In this document: positions 63,749-64,000 of the stretch, one piece after another | How positions within the stretch are numbered: the stretch's first letter is position 1 | Layout of the letters: every line of letters starts with the position of its first letter | Source of the DNA: Octopus sinensis | Lineage: Eukaryota | DNA length: 64,000 nt | NCBI RefSeq assembly: GCF_006345805.1 | Contig: NC_043017.1 | Location: 3,844,001 to 3,908,000 of the forward strand | Reading direction: 5' to 3' | Notes under the pieces: model-generated | Databases searched by the model: none | Seen by the model: the letters and a program-made list of their open reading frames with translations, nothing else | Told to the model about the DNA's origin: nothing | Made by a program: the position numbers and the translations under genes

Positions 63749-64000
63749 CACACATTTATATATATATATGTATATATGTGTGTTGTGTGTATATACACAT
63801 ACATATATATATATACACACACATATATATATATAGGGAGAGAGAGAGAGAGAGAGAAAGAGAAATACACACATTTATATATATAATGTATATATGTGTG
63901 TTGTGTGTATATACACATACATATATATATATACACACATATATATAGATAGGGAGAGAGGAGAGAGAGAGAGAAAGAGAAAACACACATTTATATATAT
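63630..64000. repeat. Compound (TA)/(GA)/(CA) microsatellite amplified as ~120-bp higher-order units
   Basis: Recurring tatatagg-(ag)n-aaagaga-acacacatttatatatat-...-gtgtgttgtgtgtatat unit. Confidence 0.8.

Overview
Eukaryotic, AT-rich, microsatellite- and SINE-dense genomic DNA. The repeat landscape suggests an octopod cephalopod (inference). The window holds a tandem array of three minus-strand paralogous genes for protostome-type cytoplasmic intermediate filament (IF) proteins, each with a long coil 1B (as far as seen, genes A and B) and a lamin-tail-like domain. Gene A (ATG 17253 to ~338) and gene B (ATG 50886 to ~26016) each have 10 coding exons that I spliced by hand into open frames (~550 and ~562 aa). 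Only the last three exons of gene C (62204 to ~59281) are in the window. Introns and spacers contain three or more tRNA-head SINE families, Tc1/mariner remnants (one full-length Tc1), CR1, RTE-like and R4/Dong-like LINE fragments, Helitron-like and foldback/MITE elements. A young Penelope-like element (RT C-terminus + GIY-YIG) has ~520-540-bp inverted arms, each carrying a minimal hammerhead ribozyme motif with a U3:A8 compensatory core. Most notable observations: a local gene-conversion-like tract homogenising exon 2 between otherwise diverged paralogs; a Gly/Pro-rich break in coil 2 of gene B; a hidden, decaying short terminal exon after the rod-end exon; and the ribozyme-bearing hairpin element inserted just downstream of the gene C stop. 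All coordinates and identities were read by eye; repeat boundaries are approximate.
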